Shown: positions 26,826 to 42,364, counted from the stretch's first letter. The stretch is DNA of 64,000 nucleotides from Chrysomallon squamiferum (GCA_012295275.1 CM022677.1:14198001-14262000), one strand, 5' to 3'. Numbers and translations: made by a program. The notes: generated by a model not told the origin, from the sequence alone.

Positions 26826-29473
26826 TACGTTTTTGTAATATTTTCTAATTTCTTTCTAGATTTGCTTTAAGTTCTAAAAGTGAATAATGTGTTACAGAAA
26901 TGTGTAATAAACTTTAGTTCAATTAAGATATTCTATATTTAGGTAATGTTCTATGAATTTGTGAAGGAAAAATAGTACATAATACAAATGTTGATGAACT
27001 TCTCACAAACACAGATTACTAATATATAACTGTTAAAACAAATATAAACAGAGTATAAGCAACATTAAAATGTGTAAATATGTGTGCATAATAATTTAGT
27101 TAGGAAAGAAGTACGTATTTGTAAAACATTTATCTATTTTATTTCTGAAATAACTAAACATAAACACTGGGTAATGTAAAATAGATGAGTTATAACTGGA
27201 GTGAAATGATGGTTAAACATGCTCTAGTCTAGCTGATTGTATTGTACGTTTGTTATAGGACTGTAGCATGTACATTTTCCTTCTATCTATTTTGCTATAG
27301 CAGAAATGTGATCTGTGATGTCCACATCTTCTCAAATAGATGTTACATATATCCCTCATAACAAGCCAGCTTAATTATTATCATATACAACTTGAAGTTA
27401 GTAATGTTAACGAATATTGTAAATTACAATTTTAATATTTAATCTAATCACAAAAATCTATAATTATTATTATTATTATTATTTTAATTTTCTTTTATTA
27501 ACAGGAATAAAGCATGGAGTAAAATGCATAATATACTAGACAAACAGTCGATGCTGACTCAGTTATTACATCTACCTATTTCACTATGTTTTAGTATCAT
27601 TATCAAACTGAACTGAAGATTATGTATAATTATATTCACCATTATCATTCTATTTAATGTGATCCTTCTAATTAGATGATTTCAGTTTTGCCTCTGTATT
27701 GTGTGAAACAAAAGATGGAATAAAACATTGACACAGAAAAAATTATAAATACAATCTATTACTTAAATAATTACAAGCTTGTTAAAGGAAGGAGTACTAA
27801 CACACGTAATATGTATACAAACACTTACTGACTGACTGTTGTTTTTGCTGTTGTAAATTCTATTACAATACATTAAAACATTTAAAAAAGGTATATAAAA
27901 TTAGCAGTAAACAGAAAAATAAATGAAAAAGTAAGCTAACTTAAAAAATAAAGACATAAATCTAAAAATGACATATCAAAATAATTTTGAGTAAATTTCC
28001 TAAAAGTAGAAAAAAATTAAATAAAACATAAAAAGTCTGGGCTTCATGTTTTGCTAAAATTGGAGTTAGTAACTTTAACAAATGTATTAAAGTATAAGAT
28101 TAATGTAATAACAAACATTTTTTTTTTTTTTTTTTTTTTTAGGAGTAAAGTAAAGGATGAGGCATAACAGTTGGTAAAACTCCAACGAAGAGACAATTAT
28201 TTAACTAACCTAAAATACACATTATATATTTATATACAATTACCTATTAATATAATAATATTAACGCAGTTTTATACCTAAATAGTAAAGTAATATTAAA
28301 AATTATGTAAATTTTCAAACTGGACTTGATCTGAAAAATTATACATTTGTCAGCAACACCAGTATTATAATAATTATCATTATTAAATTTACATTAATGA
28401 TTTTGTGTTATAAGATTTTAGAGTCTTTATATTAAGACCAGTGGAAGGTGAATTTGAATGATTAGCACAGGGTCAGGGGGAGAAATGGGATGTATGCAAC
28501 TTACTGCTTGATGGTGTTGTTCTTGTTGTTGATTCAAATATAAACACATTAAAATAAATAAAATAAGAAATGCAAATCAATTAAGCTTTTGTACAGTTGA
28601 AAAAGTCAATAAATGGAGTAAATGCATTTTAAAAATGAAAAACAAAAATCTCCAACAAATAATAATATTATTATTACTATTATTATCATTATGTAATATC
28701 AAAGGACAAGCTAATGTGAGAAGTGAATCTGGTTACTAAAACTAGACAAGTAACAGTAATATCTAATTTACAAACTATAATTTCAGATAATAAATCAGGA
28801 TTATAATCATATCAAATGTAAATATTCTGCTTAGACTCATTAAAACATTCATACAGAACATTCCACAACAAAATACACTGAGATCACATGACAACAATTC
28901 CATGTTGGTAAATTCTGAGTTCAGGCCAAAAATACTCAAAAGGGTTTATTTGGAAAAAGAAAAAAAAAAGAAAAGGAATCTCTACATTATATAAAAAACA
29001 AAGTATGTTATAATAACAATGATGTTCTATCATCTATGGGGGGAAATACAAGAAAAAGAAAATAAACTGGGGTTTGAAGTTACTCACAATTTTAGTTAAT
29101 ATATTGTTAATCTGTTATAGAAGTTCTTAATGCAAACATAATCAAGACCGCACCGCTAAAAAGGTCTTACAGTGTATAACAAACCTAGCAGATTTTGCAG
29201 TGTGTGTGTGTGTTTGTGAAGCATTAAGCTATACATTTATCTATGCTAATAACCCTAATAGTTTGGAATACTCAGTTTGTAAGAAAAAAAGTATCAATAT
29301 AATACAGACATTTTTTAAAAACTACTGTTTTGTTATATCAGAGATAAAAGACAGAAATAAAGTGTTCCTTGCTTAGTTAATTAAAATAACCTTTCATGTT
29401 GTGTAGTAGCTAAGTGTGTTGATCTGAATCATACAAAAAGTTTGGAATTAAAATCAATTAAATTTGAAATTCC

Positions 29474-30045
29474 TTAATTTTCTTTAATCTGATGATCAAC
29501 ATCTTTGTGATTCTGTCTGGCAGGATGTTGGTTCACTGTTGTACTGTCACTCATATCATCAATTTCATTCAGTGAATCACTGACTGACTGTTGACAATCT
29601 TCAGATCTTGTGTGTTCTTTACAGACATCTTTACTGACTGGTTGATTTGCAGGTTGTATAGTGATTTCATTACGTGAGTAATCTTCAGACCTTTTAACTT
29701 CTTCATCATTCCCTTTGTAAGTGGGTGAAGATTCATTAGCAGTCCTAACTTTGACATCTTCATTGTGACGGTTTTTGAAAACGTTCTCTTGGATGTTAGA
29801 ATTTTCTTCTCCTTTGCTAACAGTAAAAGCTGTTGTCTCAGTTTGACTCTTTTCAATGTTCTTTTCACTGCCCAGTTCAACATTTTCAGTTATATTTGTT
29901 TTCTTTGTGTTTTGGTTTCTCAGTGATATCAAACAATATGTTATGATTATACAAAGACCTGTGATAACTGTAATGAGGATAATACAACCTAAAATACTTG
30001 AAGAACCTGATCCCAGGTTTGGAGTTGTTGAACTTCTTTCTTCTG
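29474..30045 (-). CDS. Probable terminal exon of a single-pass membrane protein (TM helix plus acidic/polar cytoplasmic tail)
   Basis: The frame stays open upstream of the listed ORF as SSTTPNLGSGSSSILGCIILITVITGLCIIITYCLISLRNQNTKK. A plausible acceptor (tttccttttgag/cag) precedes it. Upstream exons were not identified, and an assembly gap lies next to it. Confidence 0.55.
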
Positions 30046-30557
30046 CTCAAAAGGAAATATGCAATTCACTGATTCATCCATAACTTATAGTAGCTCACAG
30101 TTTTAATTTGTTTATTTGTGTTTTTCAGGATCATACATGTTCTAAAGTTTTAACAGAAAGTTTTAAAATAGGAACATCTGATAACATTAAAAATAATTAA
30201 TATTGTAGGAATTTGGATTATTGTCATATTAAACAATTTGATATAACACTAAAAAAATCACTCATATGAATTATTAAAAACATTCATGTTAATGAATAAT
30301 ATGAGCAGAATGTTCATCATAGTAATAATGAATTTTTTGTTTTAAAAGTTCAATATACAGCTTTAAAAATTACATAATTTTATAATAATAATTTAATTTA
30401 CAGACACACACACACAGACACACACAACCCCACACACGCACATCAAAATAATTCTACATTAAATGACTCTTGTAAATAGCAAATGTCTTTTGTTTCAGTT
30501 TCAAAATAATTCTCCACTAACTGCCACTTTTAGTGATACCAACCTGTCTTAGAAGCA

Positions 30558-30757
30558 NNNNNNNNNNNNNNNNNNNNNNNNNNNNNNNNNNNNNNNNNNN
30601 NNNNNNNNNNNNNNNNNNNNNNNNNNNNNNNNNNNNNNNNNNNNNNNNNNNNNNNNNNNNNNNNNNNNNNNNNNNNNNNNNNNNNNNNNNNNNNNNNNNN
30701 NNNNNNNNNNNNNNNNNNNNNNNNNNNNNNNNNNNNNNNNNNNNNNNNNNNNNNNNN
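30558..30757. other. Scaffold gap (200 N)
   Basis: Run of N. Confidence 1.
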
Positions 30758-31050
30758 ACAAACACTCATTACTCAACAACAGCAGCCAAAACAAACACTC
30801 ATTACACAACAACAACCCAAACAAATACTCATTACACAACAACAGCAGCCAAAACAAACACTCATTACTCAACAACAGCAGCCAAAACAAACACTCATTA
30901 CACAACAACAGTAGCCAAAACAAACACTCATTACACAACAACAACAACCCAAACAAATACTCATTACACAACAACAACAACCCAAACAAATACTCATTAC
31001 ACAACAACAACAACCCAAACAAATACTCATTACACAACAACAGTAACCCA
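30758..31050. repeat. ~33-bp minisatellite (acaaacactcattacacaacaacagcagccaaa-like)
   Basis: Directly visible, about 9 units, abutting the gap. Confidence 0.9.
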
Positions 31051-31249
31051 GTCAACAAAAACAAAGAAACAACATTTCACAAATACGTCTCCAAAGATTT
31101 GGGTTTTATTACCTGTATGTATACAAGCATGATTTCTTTGAGATGTTCAACAAAGAAGTAATACAACAAACAAAAGCTAAATTATTCGGTGTGGAAATAT
31201 GGAAAAATCCAAGCTACTGGACCAAGCTGACATTTAGAAGGTAATTAAC

Positions 31250-34200
31250 AAACACAACCATCACCATTGATGGGTACAGAGACGCTCACAGAAATGAGGC
31301 CGCAGTTGCCCAAGTGCAGACACTGTCTGCAGTGGAAATCACCACAGAAACTCAGGCCAATGCTGTTCTCTGGCAAAGTGCGCGAATTGCCAGGGTCCAC
31401 ACACACCACATTACAAAATGTGTCCATCAAATATTACAACAGATGAGAAAACAAAATTCTACGAAACGTTAACAAAAAATGCCCCAAAATCGAACAAAGG
31501 AGGTCAGAATTGCAGAAATACACAAAATTATTGTCTTCCTCCTCATCGAACTGCACAACATCAGAAACAACCAAGAAAACATCACAGACGACTTCAATAA
31601 TCGAAGACAGCTTGGGCTTCAAGATCTCCACAGTCAACAACGACTTAAATTACACACAGACAAGAGAAATCCCACAAACACAAAACAGCAATGAACAAAA
31701 GAAACACCAAACAGTAACAACAACTCAGCAGTCCACAGAGACAAACTCGTACACTTCCTGGCCTCCACTCAAAACACACCAGACGTAATATACATATACA
31801 AGAAACATGGCTAGGACACAATAAAAACAACAAAACAACAAAAGCTTTTAAGGTCCCCGGGTATCAAAGTCTCAGCACCCGGGGAGACATCATGACACTC
31901 GTCAAACAAGACATTCCACACACCAAGCTGAACCAAGCCAAAGTTCACACCAACATAGAAATACTAAGCATCACAGTACACAATAACACTCAAAACATCA
32001 ACACAATTAAAATGTACAGCCCATCCATTCCCGCACTACACACCATTCAAACCCACGACTTAAACAAAATGATCACAACAAACAACAAGCTCTTTATAGT
32101 GGGTGATTTCAACTGTCACAACACCTTATAGGGTGGCTCGACAGACGACAGTCTTGGAATTGTCCTTGAAAATTTCATAGAGCAAAACCAGTGGTGGTCA
32201 ATCCGCCATTGATCCAACATTCACAAAGTAAGGACATCACAGTGCTCTGCGAATGGCAAGTGCTCAATGAATTAAACAGCGACCATCACCAAATACTACA
32301 ACAGCAAGAACACTTTCTTGGACAGATCCATTTTCACATCCAAATGGAACTTCAACAAAGCGAACTGGGAAGGCTTCTACAAAGCATGCAGAAACATCAC
32401 CACATAAACCCCAACCACATCAACACCTACTGCACATCACTCACCAGCACAATATACTCCACTGCAAACAAATTCATACCCAAAACCAGACAATGCACCG
32501 ACAAAATATCCACTCCCTGGTGGATGGAACACATAGAAAAGAAATGCAAAGAAAGAAACAAATTCAGAAGACAATACAAAAAAGACAGAAATCATTCCAC
32601 AGACAAAAATACAAAATAGCAAAAAAACAAGTTTCCAATCTAATTCTCAGTGCAAAACAAGAACACTGGGAACTCTTTTGCAACAACATCGACCACAAAA
32701 CATCAGTCAAAGACATGTGGGCCAAAGTGAAAGACATCCAAGGCAAATAAAACCACAGAATCAACACTCTCGACAAAAACAACATCGCATTCACTGACAA
32801 ACAAAAAGCAGATCTACTCAGTAAAACTTTCACCAAGTCCAGCAGCAACTCAACCTTCCTACTGAAATTCACAAAGAAACCACTGGACAACCTAACAATC
32901 AACAAACATTTCTCAGACACAGAACACTTGAAATACAATCAACTCTTCAACATCAGCGAATTAAATCATGCCCTCAAAAACAAGAAAAGTACAGCCACAG
33001 GGCCAGATAAAATAAGCTACACAATACTACAACACCTACCAGATGAAACACTACTAATCTTACTCGATCTCTACAACACAATATGGACAACAGGTAAGAT
33101 TACAACAAACTGGAAATATGCCGAATGTTTCAGCTTGGCCCAAACCACACAAAGATCACTTACTACCCAACAGCTACAGGCCGATCACACTGACGTCACA
33201 CATGTGCAAAACACTGGAAATGATGTCAACACACACCTGAGCCAGCATCTAAACAACAACAATTTAATCAGCAAGTATCAAAGCAGCTTCAAGAAGAAAC
33301 ACAGTACAAACAACCAGATCACCTGTCTGCAAACAATAATCAACCTATCTTTTAGGAAATCAAAAAAAGTCATCACAGTATTCCTAGACATTGAAAAAGC
33401 CTTTGACATGGTATGGAGGGAAGGACTGCTCATCAAATTAACCAACAACAACATCAAAGGCAACATGTTCAAGTTTATCAAAGACTTTATTAACAACAGA
33501 TCCATAGCAGTCAAAGTAAATGGTCACACCTCAGAGAAAATGACAATCGAAAATGGCATCCCACAAGGATCCGTTATCTCGCCCACACTCTGCAACATCT
33601 ACATCAACGACATCATCACAGCACTTGACAAACAAGACAACACCAACAATCCACCAACCGAACGAAAAAACACAGCACTCTTTGCAGACGACTGCACTTT
33701 TTGGTGTGCAGGCAGAAACAAATACAAAAAGACTTAAACAACATAAACAACTGGGCGTTAAAATGGGGCACAAAGATTTCTCTTTCCAAAACGACATGCC
33801 TCCTTTTCAACAAAAAAACAGATAACAACAAAATCACACTAAACATTAACAACAACGTCATAACACAAACCCAAACATTCAACTTTGGATAAAATATACA
33901 CAATATAATAGAATCCTGCCAAAACATTCTCAATCTTCTAAACCTAATTTCCAGAACCATTTGGGGAGCAAACATGTTGGCATCATCAGCAACGAACTTG
34001 CTGACCATTATGCCAAAGAGTCACTCAGCATTAAAGACGAAGACATCTGAACAGACATACACTACAGGAATAAATGAAATTCTCTCCATCGAAGCCAAAT
34101 ATTAAGACAAACAGTGGCAAAATGAATGGAACAACACCAAAAACAAATGGCACTTGAACATCAAACCACTCACCAAAACCCCCAGAATCACAGTCGCCAA

Positions 34201-34480
34201 CAAACTACACAACAACAATCTCACCATAGGCAGAATTGGTTACTCGACCAACTTAAATACAATCTGATACAAATATCACAACACCACATCACCCAACTGC
34301 AGCTGTGGACTCTCCGAAACCATGAAACACTACTTGTCAAAATTTCGCCAAGGAAAGACAAGCACTACGCAACACATTGGAGGAACTAAGAATCGAGTTC
34401 ACACTCCAAAACATCTTGACACCAAACACGAAAGACAGAGAGTTAGTCCTCGCTGCAGTAACAACATACATTCTGAACAC
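31250..34480 (+). mobile_element. Degenerate non-LTR retrotransposon (I/Jockey group; APE, RT, RNase H remnant)
   Basis: APE motifs IQETWL, VGDFNCHN and SDHH. RT motifs ATGPDKI, FLDIEKAFDMVWREGLL, GIPQGSVISPTL and ALFADD. RNase H-like VGIISNELADHYAK. Many stops and frameshifts. Confidence 0.9.
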
Positions 34481-34681
34481 AAAACACAAACTTTTTTCTT
34501 CTTTTTTGACACAAAAACAAACAACAATTTATTGACTTACAGATTGATCGGTTCAACAGCTGATTGATCCATGGATGGATCAGCTGACTGATGGATCAAT
34601 TTGAATAGCCAATTAAATTAATAATTAAAACAAAAACTAATCGTACTATACCTACTTACATTCAGACCATACTAACCCTGT

Positions 34682-34722
<41 letters not shown>

Positions 34723-35462
34723 ATTATGCACATAATCTTATTACACATTCATGTTCTTATTCTTAGGTGCAGGTATTTATAACATCTTTTAAATTACAAT
34801 AAAAATAAAGAAATAAAGAAATAAAATAAAATGTAAATAAGTTAACTACATTCATGTTCTTATTATTTTTAGTTACAGGTGTTTACAGCATCTTTTAAAT
34901 CAATAAAAATATCAATGGCAAAACAAAAAATAATAAGTTTGGAATTGTTGGACCAGAGGGACGCAGTCAAAAAGAACAAAGGAAACATCAACAGCAGCCG
35001 AGAAGAGAACAAACAAACAGGACGCAACCAACACGGACCCTATGGTGACAAATACGAGACAACAAGGAGCAGATAACGTCTACAAAACACTGGAACCGAC
35101 TCGTTACGATCTGATATGCCAGACACTCCCTTGTGTCCTGCAATCACAACGAGAACCCACTCTCTATCCTTACCCAAAACTCTTTTCTGTGATGGACACT
35201 CCTGCTGACCTGTCAGAAAGTGTGCCTGTCATAGACGTGCTTCACAACAGCTTGCTCTGATTAGCAAGTTAATTTTTTTCATTCATTCATTCATTAAATA
35301 TATTTTATTTTAATCTGCTTATACCATGTCCAAGCGAGGTGTTTTTCCCCACTATGATAGTAGGTTACCGATAGCTGGACGAAACTTTGAAATGGTGCAG
35401 GTTATTCAGAAATCTGTATTAGTCGAAGTCTGGTTTTCTCAGAGTTGACTGTATACAGTTAA

Positions 35463-35495
<33 letters not shown>

Positions 35496-35629
35496 AGCAA
35501 TAACAATAATAATAATAATGACAACAACAATAAGAAGAAGAAGAAGAAGAAGAAGAAGATGAAGAAGAGAAAATAAGAATTTGTTTTTCACAGGTATACA
35601 TATATAAATATAAAAATAATTTCTTGTTA

Positions 35630-35633
35630 TTGG

Positions 35634-35681
<48 letters not shown>

Positions 35682-35793
35682 CTATTATTATTATTATTGC
35701 TATTATTATTATTGTTTATTACTATTATTATTATACTATTATTATTATTATTATTATTGCTATTATTATTATTGTTATTATTATTGTTATTAC

Positions 35794-35827
<34 letters not shown>

Positions 35828-35830
35828 TTT
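35630..35830. repeat. (TAT)n microsatellite tract
   Basis: Directly visible. Similar tracts lie at 21720-21764, 23874-23931, 48687-48738 and 50885-51035. Confidence 0.95.
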
Positions 35831-37654
35831 ATTATAAAACATTTTATAACAGTTATAATTAAGGTTACTCACAGCACTCTCAGTGTCTGTTTGGTTGGTG
35901 GTGAGGCTAAGGAAGATCACTGTTGTGTTAGAACACATTGCCAAACACACAGCTCGTAAAGTCTCAGGTCCAGAACTGTTTCCTGATAAATTAAAAAAAA
36001 TAATGAAAATACAGAACACTAAATTATTTAGTATGTTTATATTTTAAATAAATTAAAAACAATAATAAAATAAATAAATAAATGATAGATACATACATGC
36101 ATACATTAGATAGACAGAAGTTAGAATAAATAAAATAAAAATAATCACCTGTCTACTAAAACTTGTTTTAAGAGCATTTTTATAAAAAGAAACAAACAAA
36201 AAAATTCTTCTCACAACTGAATAAGAAATGTAATATTAAAATTAATTGTAACAAGCTGGTAAAAAAAAAAAATAATAATAATAATAAATAAAGAATAACA
36301 TAAAATAATTTGAATTATTAGTATGTAGAAAAATAACTAGAAAGTTGGCAGATGAAGTTAAGAGATTGAAAATATTAAAAATAAATAAATAAATAAACAT
36401 TATATTAAAATTATAATAATAATATAAATACATATACATACATATATATAATAATAATAAAAATAATTCTAATTCTTTAAATAAAATGAGCAGAAGAACA
36501 AAATTCAAAAAGACAAAAGAAATTAAAATGATAAAAGAAAGAGACTGAAGAACTAAAAGAAATAATATAGTGTATTTCAAGTGACATCACAGGAAAAAAA
36601 TAAGTAAATAAATAAAAGAAAACACAGAAACTAGGAAATGAAGAATAAGAAACAAAAAGAATGAAGAAGAAAAATAACAAGAATTCAAATGGTCAGTAGC
36701 TTCCAAAAAAAAATACAAAATACAAAATACAAAATATAATAAAAATCATTAAAATAAAAATTAAGAATTTAAAATATGAAAAAAGAAAAAGAAAGAAGAA
36801 TAAGAACTATGTATAGAAATTGGGAGACTAAAAAATAATAAATAAATGGTATATTACAAAAATCTTGCTTATCAATAAAATAACTGAAATTAAATACAGA
36901 CAAGAGGAACAGACAAGAAGAAAAAGAAGATTTTGAGGAAACTGTAATGAAGAAAAATAACAAGAAACAATAATAATGGTAAATAATAAATAGGTTAAAA
37001 TAATAAACAATAAAAATAGCTTTAAAGATAACACAAAAATGAAAACAAATAATATGAAGAAACAAGAAGACAGAAGAATTAAGATACACACACATACTCA
37101 GGTATATATATATTTAAAAAACATAATGCAAATAAATTAAATGAATAAGTTATAGAAAAAAGAAAAATAATAAAATGTCATAAAATAAAATATTACTGAA
37201 ATAGCAACAAAATGAAGAAATAATACAAATTACAGAAACCAAATGAAAATAAACTTATTAAAATAAAAAATTAAATGATGATGATGATGATGATTATTAT
37301 TATTATCAATATACCAAATTTAAATAATAATAATAATAATAATAATAATGCTGACAATGAATGAATGATAATAATAATAATAATTAAAAATAATTTTAAA
37401 AACTGTTACTGAAATATAGATAAGGTAATCTGCATTCTTCTTTATTTTCTATATCCATATATGATAATATTGTAAATAATCTAAGTTTTTACTGAGTTTT
37501 AAACTATTATTAAAATTATTCTAGACATAATAACAAATTGTTTCGATATCGGTAATGTCCAATATCTCTGCTAAGAATTCAGTTAACGTGGATAAAATAT
37601 ATAAACTTAGATACTACACCATGCACAAGTTGGCTCCTACATTTCACTTTCCAT

Positions 37655-38095
37655 CCAAAGACAATTATTTTTTGTTTCCCTTATTATTTTTCAAGTTACA
37701 AACTTATTCAGACATCTTCCTATCTTGTTATTAGTCAGAGTTACTTCCCTGGACCGACAAATCAGATAATTTTAATATTTCGACGTGTTTATTTTGCACA
37801 ATATCTGAAAACCCAAACGATTGAAAGTGTGCTTCCGGTCTTTTATTTGTTTCATTTTAGTTTGTTGAAGTTAATGTTCAGTAAAGGCGTATATAAAAAA
37901 AAAAAAAAATAATAATAAAAATTACGTGAATTTGTTCTTACATTATTATTTCAACAGGGCAGCATCATTCGTTGTTTTCACGAACTAATTCTATTTCAGG
38001 ACTGGCGTGTAATTATGTATCTTAGAAATACTGTAATCAGTATGAGTCTTAGTAAAACGTATGTACGGGGTTTCAAGTTATGAACATGTAGACTA
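37655..38095 (+). repeat. Diverged ~0.43 kb repeat with an inverted copy at 51052-51468
   Basis: For example, atactgtaatcagtatgagtcttagtaaaacgtat (38028) vs atacgttttactaagactcatactgattacagtat (51084), and tccaaagacaattattttt vs aaaaataattgtctttgga. Confidence 0.8.
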
Positions 38096-38738
38096 TACAA
38101 TTAAGTCTATTTCATATCCTCAGCACCCATCAGAGGCGTAGCCAGATTTGAAAGTTAAGGGGAGCGAAAACACGTACAGAATATTTTTTAAAACCTGTTA
38201 TACGTTATTATTTTGTACTTAAAATCCTACTAAAAAAGATAAGAAAAAAAAAAGAGAAAAAAAGAGTTAAATAAAAACAAAATATCCGTGTTAAATTATT
38301 TTAATTTTAAACGTAAAATGAAAACTAAACGAAGCAATATGCAAATACATGGGCGCGCTCACACACACACACAAATAAGTAAATAAATAAAAATAGAACA
38401 CACATAACTGAATACTCGGTACAATCAAACACAGCGAATCATTAACATCCAATATGACGTCTGATTTGTTTCTATTACAAGATCTTGAACTTCTTTCAAT
38501 TAACAAGCATACACATACACACATACACACATATGCATCTATACATACATACATACATAATACATACATACGTACATACATACATACATACAAACATACA
38601 CAATACACATATTTTTATACATATATATATATAGTTTCAAATTAAACATCTTTTTAAAGTTTTACCAATAAAATAAAATAATAATAACAACAACAACAAC
38701 AACAACAACTGCAACAACAATTAATCATAAATTAATAA

Positions 38739-38781
<43 letters not shown>

Positions 38782-39519
38782 ATATTTATTTCACTGAAGG
38801 CAAAACTGAGAGAGCCGCCGCATTTTAAACTGTAGAAAGAAAAAAGAGTCATATGGGACTGTTGTAATACATATATATATATATATATAGATCAGATTAT
38901 TTTGAGAAAATAAATCAACCGATTTCGTGTATAATGGAACACATTAATCTTTCTGAAAAGTAAATTTCATGAAAAATATTTAAAAAAATATATAAAAGTG
39001 CGCATGTCCTCCATGCCATGTGATGATGTGTTCAGGTTACGTGACGACAGCCACCTCGAGGACTGTTAATAGGAACCTGAATGTTCGGGAAACACAGCGG
39101 CGAAACGTGGATGTTACGTTTTCATGTTCGTAAATATCTTCATCAACTTTATACCAAAAATTATTAAAATGTCATACTGTATCGGGATACATCCTTCCCG
39201 AATCGATGTATCGTATCGGGGCCTTTGTATCACAATACGATTCTGTATCGTAGTAATCGTTACAGCTCTGGTGCATACATATTTCTGTGTGTGTGCGTGT
39301 GTGCGTGTCTGTGTGTCTGTGAGAGCGCGTGTTTTTGTGCGTGCGTGCTTTGAAGTAGATGGTCAAACAGGCACTGAAGTATCTAAAAAATATTAATTAA
39401 TATTTATATGCCTTTGTTTCTTCGTTTGTCCTCCGTTTTAAATATTTTATTTGTGAAATCAGATCTAGCGATTTATCCAGGACTAGTTTATGTTATAGTT
39501 GTTGTTAGTATCGTTGCTG

Positions 39520-39747
39520 TTTTAACTCGAAGGTGACTAGCTCCTTCGGGCGTAGCCCGAGCCCTACGGTCATAAGTTAAAAGTACATATTGGCTTTCAA
39601 GGCCAAAAACCAAAAACCATTCGTGTTATACATTGTTTTTTCAATAATAAACAAGAGTTGGGTTGGGATCTATCATGTCCCTAATTCACACCCACGTGGT
39701 CTATTGCGTTATAGTCACGTGATCTCTCGCGCTATAGTACGACTGTT
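39520..39747. repeat. Viral ITR with hairpin core, at the 3' end of molecule B copy 1
   Basis: 39576-39747 is the reverse complement of 42467-42638 (172 nt). The hairpin core cgaagg...ccttcg / cgtag...ctacg is at 39528-39574. Confidence 0.92.
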
Positions 39748-39877
39748 TTACTAAGTTAATAGGATCTATACGTTATAACACGTTTATATATTTAATACAG
39801 ATAACAACGATATATTAAATTTTAAAATTTTATTTAACTTATGATAACATATTTACATAATATTAATGTTTAACAAA

Positions 39878-41997
39878 TTAAATTGGATAAGACCAATCAA
39901 AAGCATTTCCCATGGTTTCGACTGTTCTATCTCCATAGGCACCGTGTAACGGCCATAACTGTCTACGTCTATTTCTACGTTTGTTCCAATTGTCCCATAC
40001 GGGAGCAAAGCATCTCATTTTCCATGTTTTCTGAATTCTTTCTTTGTATTTAGCTTCTTCTTCACCTAGAAACTGATCTTGCTCAGTATGCTTAATGTTA
40101 TCTTTGTTACCCATAGGCGTTGTTTCATTTTTCTTATATATCAGTCCTTGCATGTTACCTGGACAACCTCCTAAACCTATTGGAATGTACTTAGGACACA
40201 TTCCAGTTCTAACGACAAATTCGATCTCACTGTAATAAGTGATCTGAATGTTTGCATGATAATTAAAATACAATGTACTTCCACCTTGTTTTCTCGACAT
40301 CTGGATATAATCCAATTAGAAATATAGGTGGTCTGTTACATTGATACGTACGCCTATGAGAACCATCTTTACATACGTCTACGTTAGGATTATTAGCATT
40401 ATTATGCATAACACCTTGGCTACTTAATTTAGTACCACCATCATCAACCATAGATGGTGCACCAAGTACATTTGATGCTTTATTCTGAAAACACGCTGTA
40501 TAATGTATACGTCTATATTGATGATTGAAATAACAACATATCGCTGTACCCATTGGATGCTGTGTAGTATTAGTAACTATAATATCATGTGTTGGCCAGA
40601 CTTCTAGATTACCTTTGTTTTCATTAGCACATTGATACTTAGATTTCTGACATAAACCAGAAATGTCTGTGAAATTGAGAGTATGAGATATTTCTGATGG
40701 AAATAAGATTAACGGTGAATCCTTGCACGTATAATCTAATGCAAAACCGCCAGCACTAATAACAGTTTCACGATAACCATCGTGTTTTTTTCATATCGTA
40801 TATGTAATTTGGAGAAAGAGCTGTATATTCTACTCCGTCACCTGTCCAAGCATGATTTAACATTTGCATTGCCATATCACTTGGTAAATACAATTTTCTA
40901 TCAGGTTGAACAGGGATACTTCTATTGCTTACATCGTCCATACAGTCTTCGTCTTTAAAATAATAATTATGAGACAACATTAAATTTTTTTTCTGGTAAC
41001 CCATAATCGTTATTTATATCGGTAAACGTCCAAACACGAGCGTTTGGTGGTGCCATAACAGGTACTTCGTTAGGATCTGCTTTGTTATTATTTAAAACGT
41101 GAATAAGCATATTATTTATATTGAAACCTATTCTTTTGATTCTGTATCCCATGAAATCATCAGGTAAATTCCAATCTTCTGGTTTAGTACTGGCGGCTTT
41201 GTACCAATATGGTATAATATGTCCTCCGTGATTAAACGTAAATTCGCATACATTAGGATCACCTATAGCTTTTTCCAATTAACATTATCTGAATTATTGT
41301 CTAATACCTTCATTTCAGCTTTTCTATTTTTGGTAAAATTAATAGTACTTGTAAATGTTCGTTTAAATGTCTTTTTAATCGTAATGTATCTAGGATCCGT
41401 TCCTTTGGTAGTTCCACCAAAACCTTGATATAGAACATTATTACCAGTAGCCGATGCCATTGGAGCACCTTCGACAGCTTCGCTCCCTCCGGTGTCTGTG
41501 ACTTCTTCATTTGCAATGGAATCAGGTTCCATAACAGATTCTTCTGGTTGTAAATATGTACCTCTGGAATTCGATTGTTCCAATACATCTTGCGAAACTA
41601 CGTTGGATAACTGTCTGTTATTAGATCTTTTAGCAGAGCTACCACCGTACGGTTCATCAGATGGTCTCTTCATAGCTTGTTTATCACTATATCCGGACGA
41701 GAACTGCTGATCTCTTTGTCGTTGTACATCATTTGCGAGTATAGCGGGGTCTTTAACGTCGTCTTCGTCCGAATCTTCAATAGCGTTATAGTTTTGCCAA
41801 AGATTTTGAATTGCCTGATAGAAATTTCTATTCGGAACTTGTATATTTGGATACTGACGTCTGACCTGTAACCATTGTTGCTGTCTTTCTCTATAGGGGA
41901 CATTTTGATTAGCTAGCTTGTCGAACAACGTAGCTTTAGCAGCAGCCCAAAGTCTATTTATAGCCTTTCTGCTTAATAATTGTTTTCCTTTAATCAT
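39878..41997 (-). pseudogene. Capsid protein VP-B, copy 1 (full length, four frameshifts)
   Basis: The ORF pieces are collinear with the intact 706-aa VP-A. Frameshifts lie at ~41270, ~40990, ~40790 (T-runs) and ~40287. Minus-strand AATAAA at 39829-39834. Confidence 0.88.
41670..41903 (-). CDS. Overprinted 77-aa ORF in the VP-B N-terminal region (copy 1)
   Basis: ATG start; same length and register as the homologous ORFs at 45316-45549 and 46998-47231. Confidence 0.55.
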   Translation of the reverse strand: MSPIEKDSNNGYRSDVSIQIYKFRIEISIRQFKIFGKTITLLKIRTKTTLKTPLYSQMMYNDKEISSSRPDIVINKL

Positions 41998-42364
41998 GAA
42001 CTCTGATTATGTCTGTTTAAATATGTAACGTTTTCTCCTTCCTCTTCTTCTAACAAATGACGTTCGGCTGGTGTAACGTTTTCGTCAATGTCTTTACCAG
42101 TATCGGTTGATACGAATTCATCAAATTGATTCAAAGCTTTTTCTATTTGATTCTTTGTATAAGTAGAAATTCCTTCCACTGAAGCTTCTACAATAGATTG
42201 ACCAATAGCTGTAGCTGGTTCTAATATGGCACTTTCTGCACCAATCAATTCAGATATATGGCAGGAGCTGTAGATTCTAATATAGCGTTTGTAGCTAAAC
42301 CAACTGATGCATCAAATGCGTACTCTATTATCTCTGTAGCTATAATGCCTAACGCAGTGAACAT
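41994..42364 (-). pseudogene. Small upstream ORF (ORF-X of B), copy 1, with a +2 (AT) frameshift near 42257
   Basis: Nearly identical to the intact 46539-46907 apart from atatat vs atat. Confidence 0.8.

Noticed and set aside
30517-31132. ORFs spanning the N run
   Set aside because: Artefacts of the gap plus a minisatellite.
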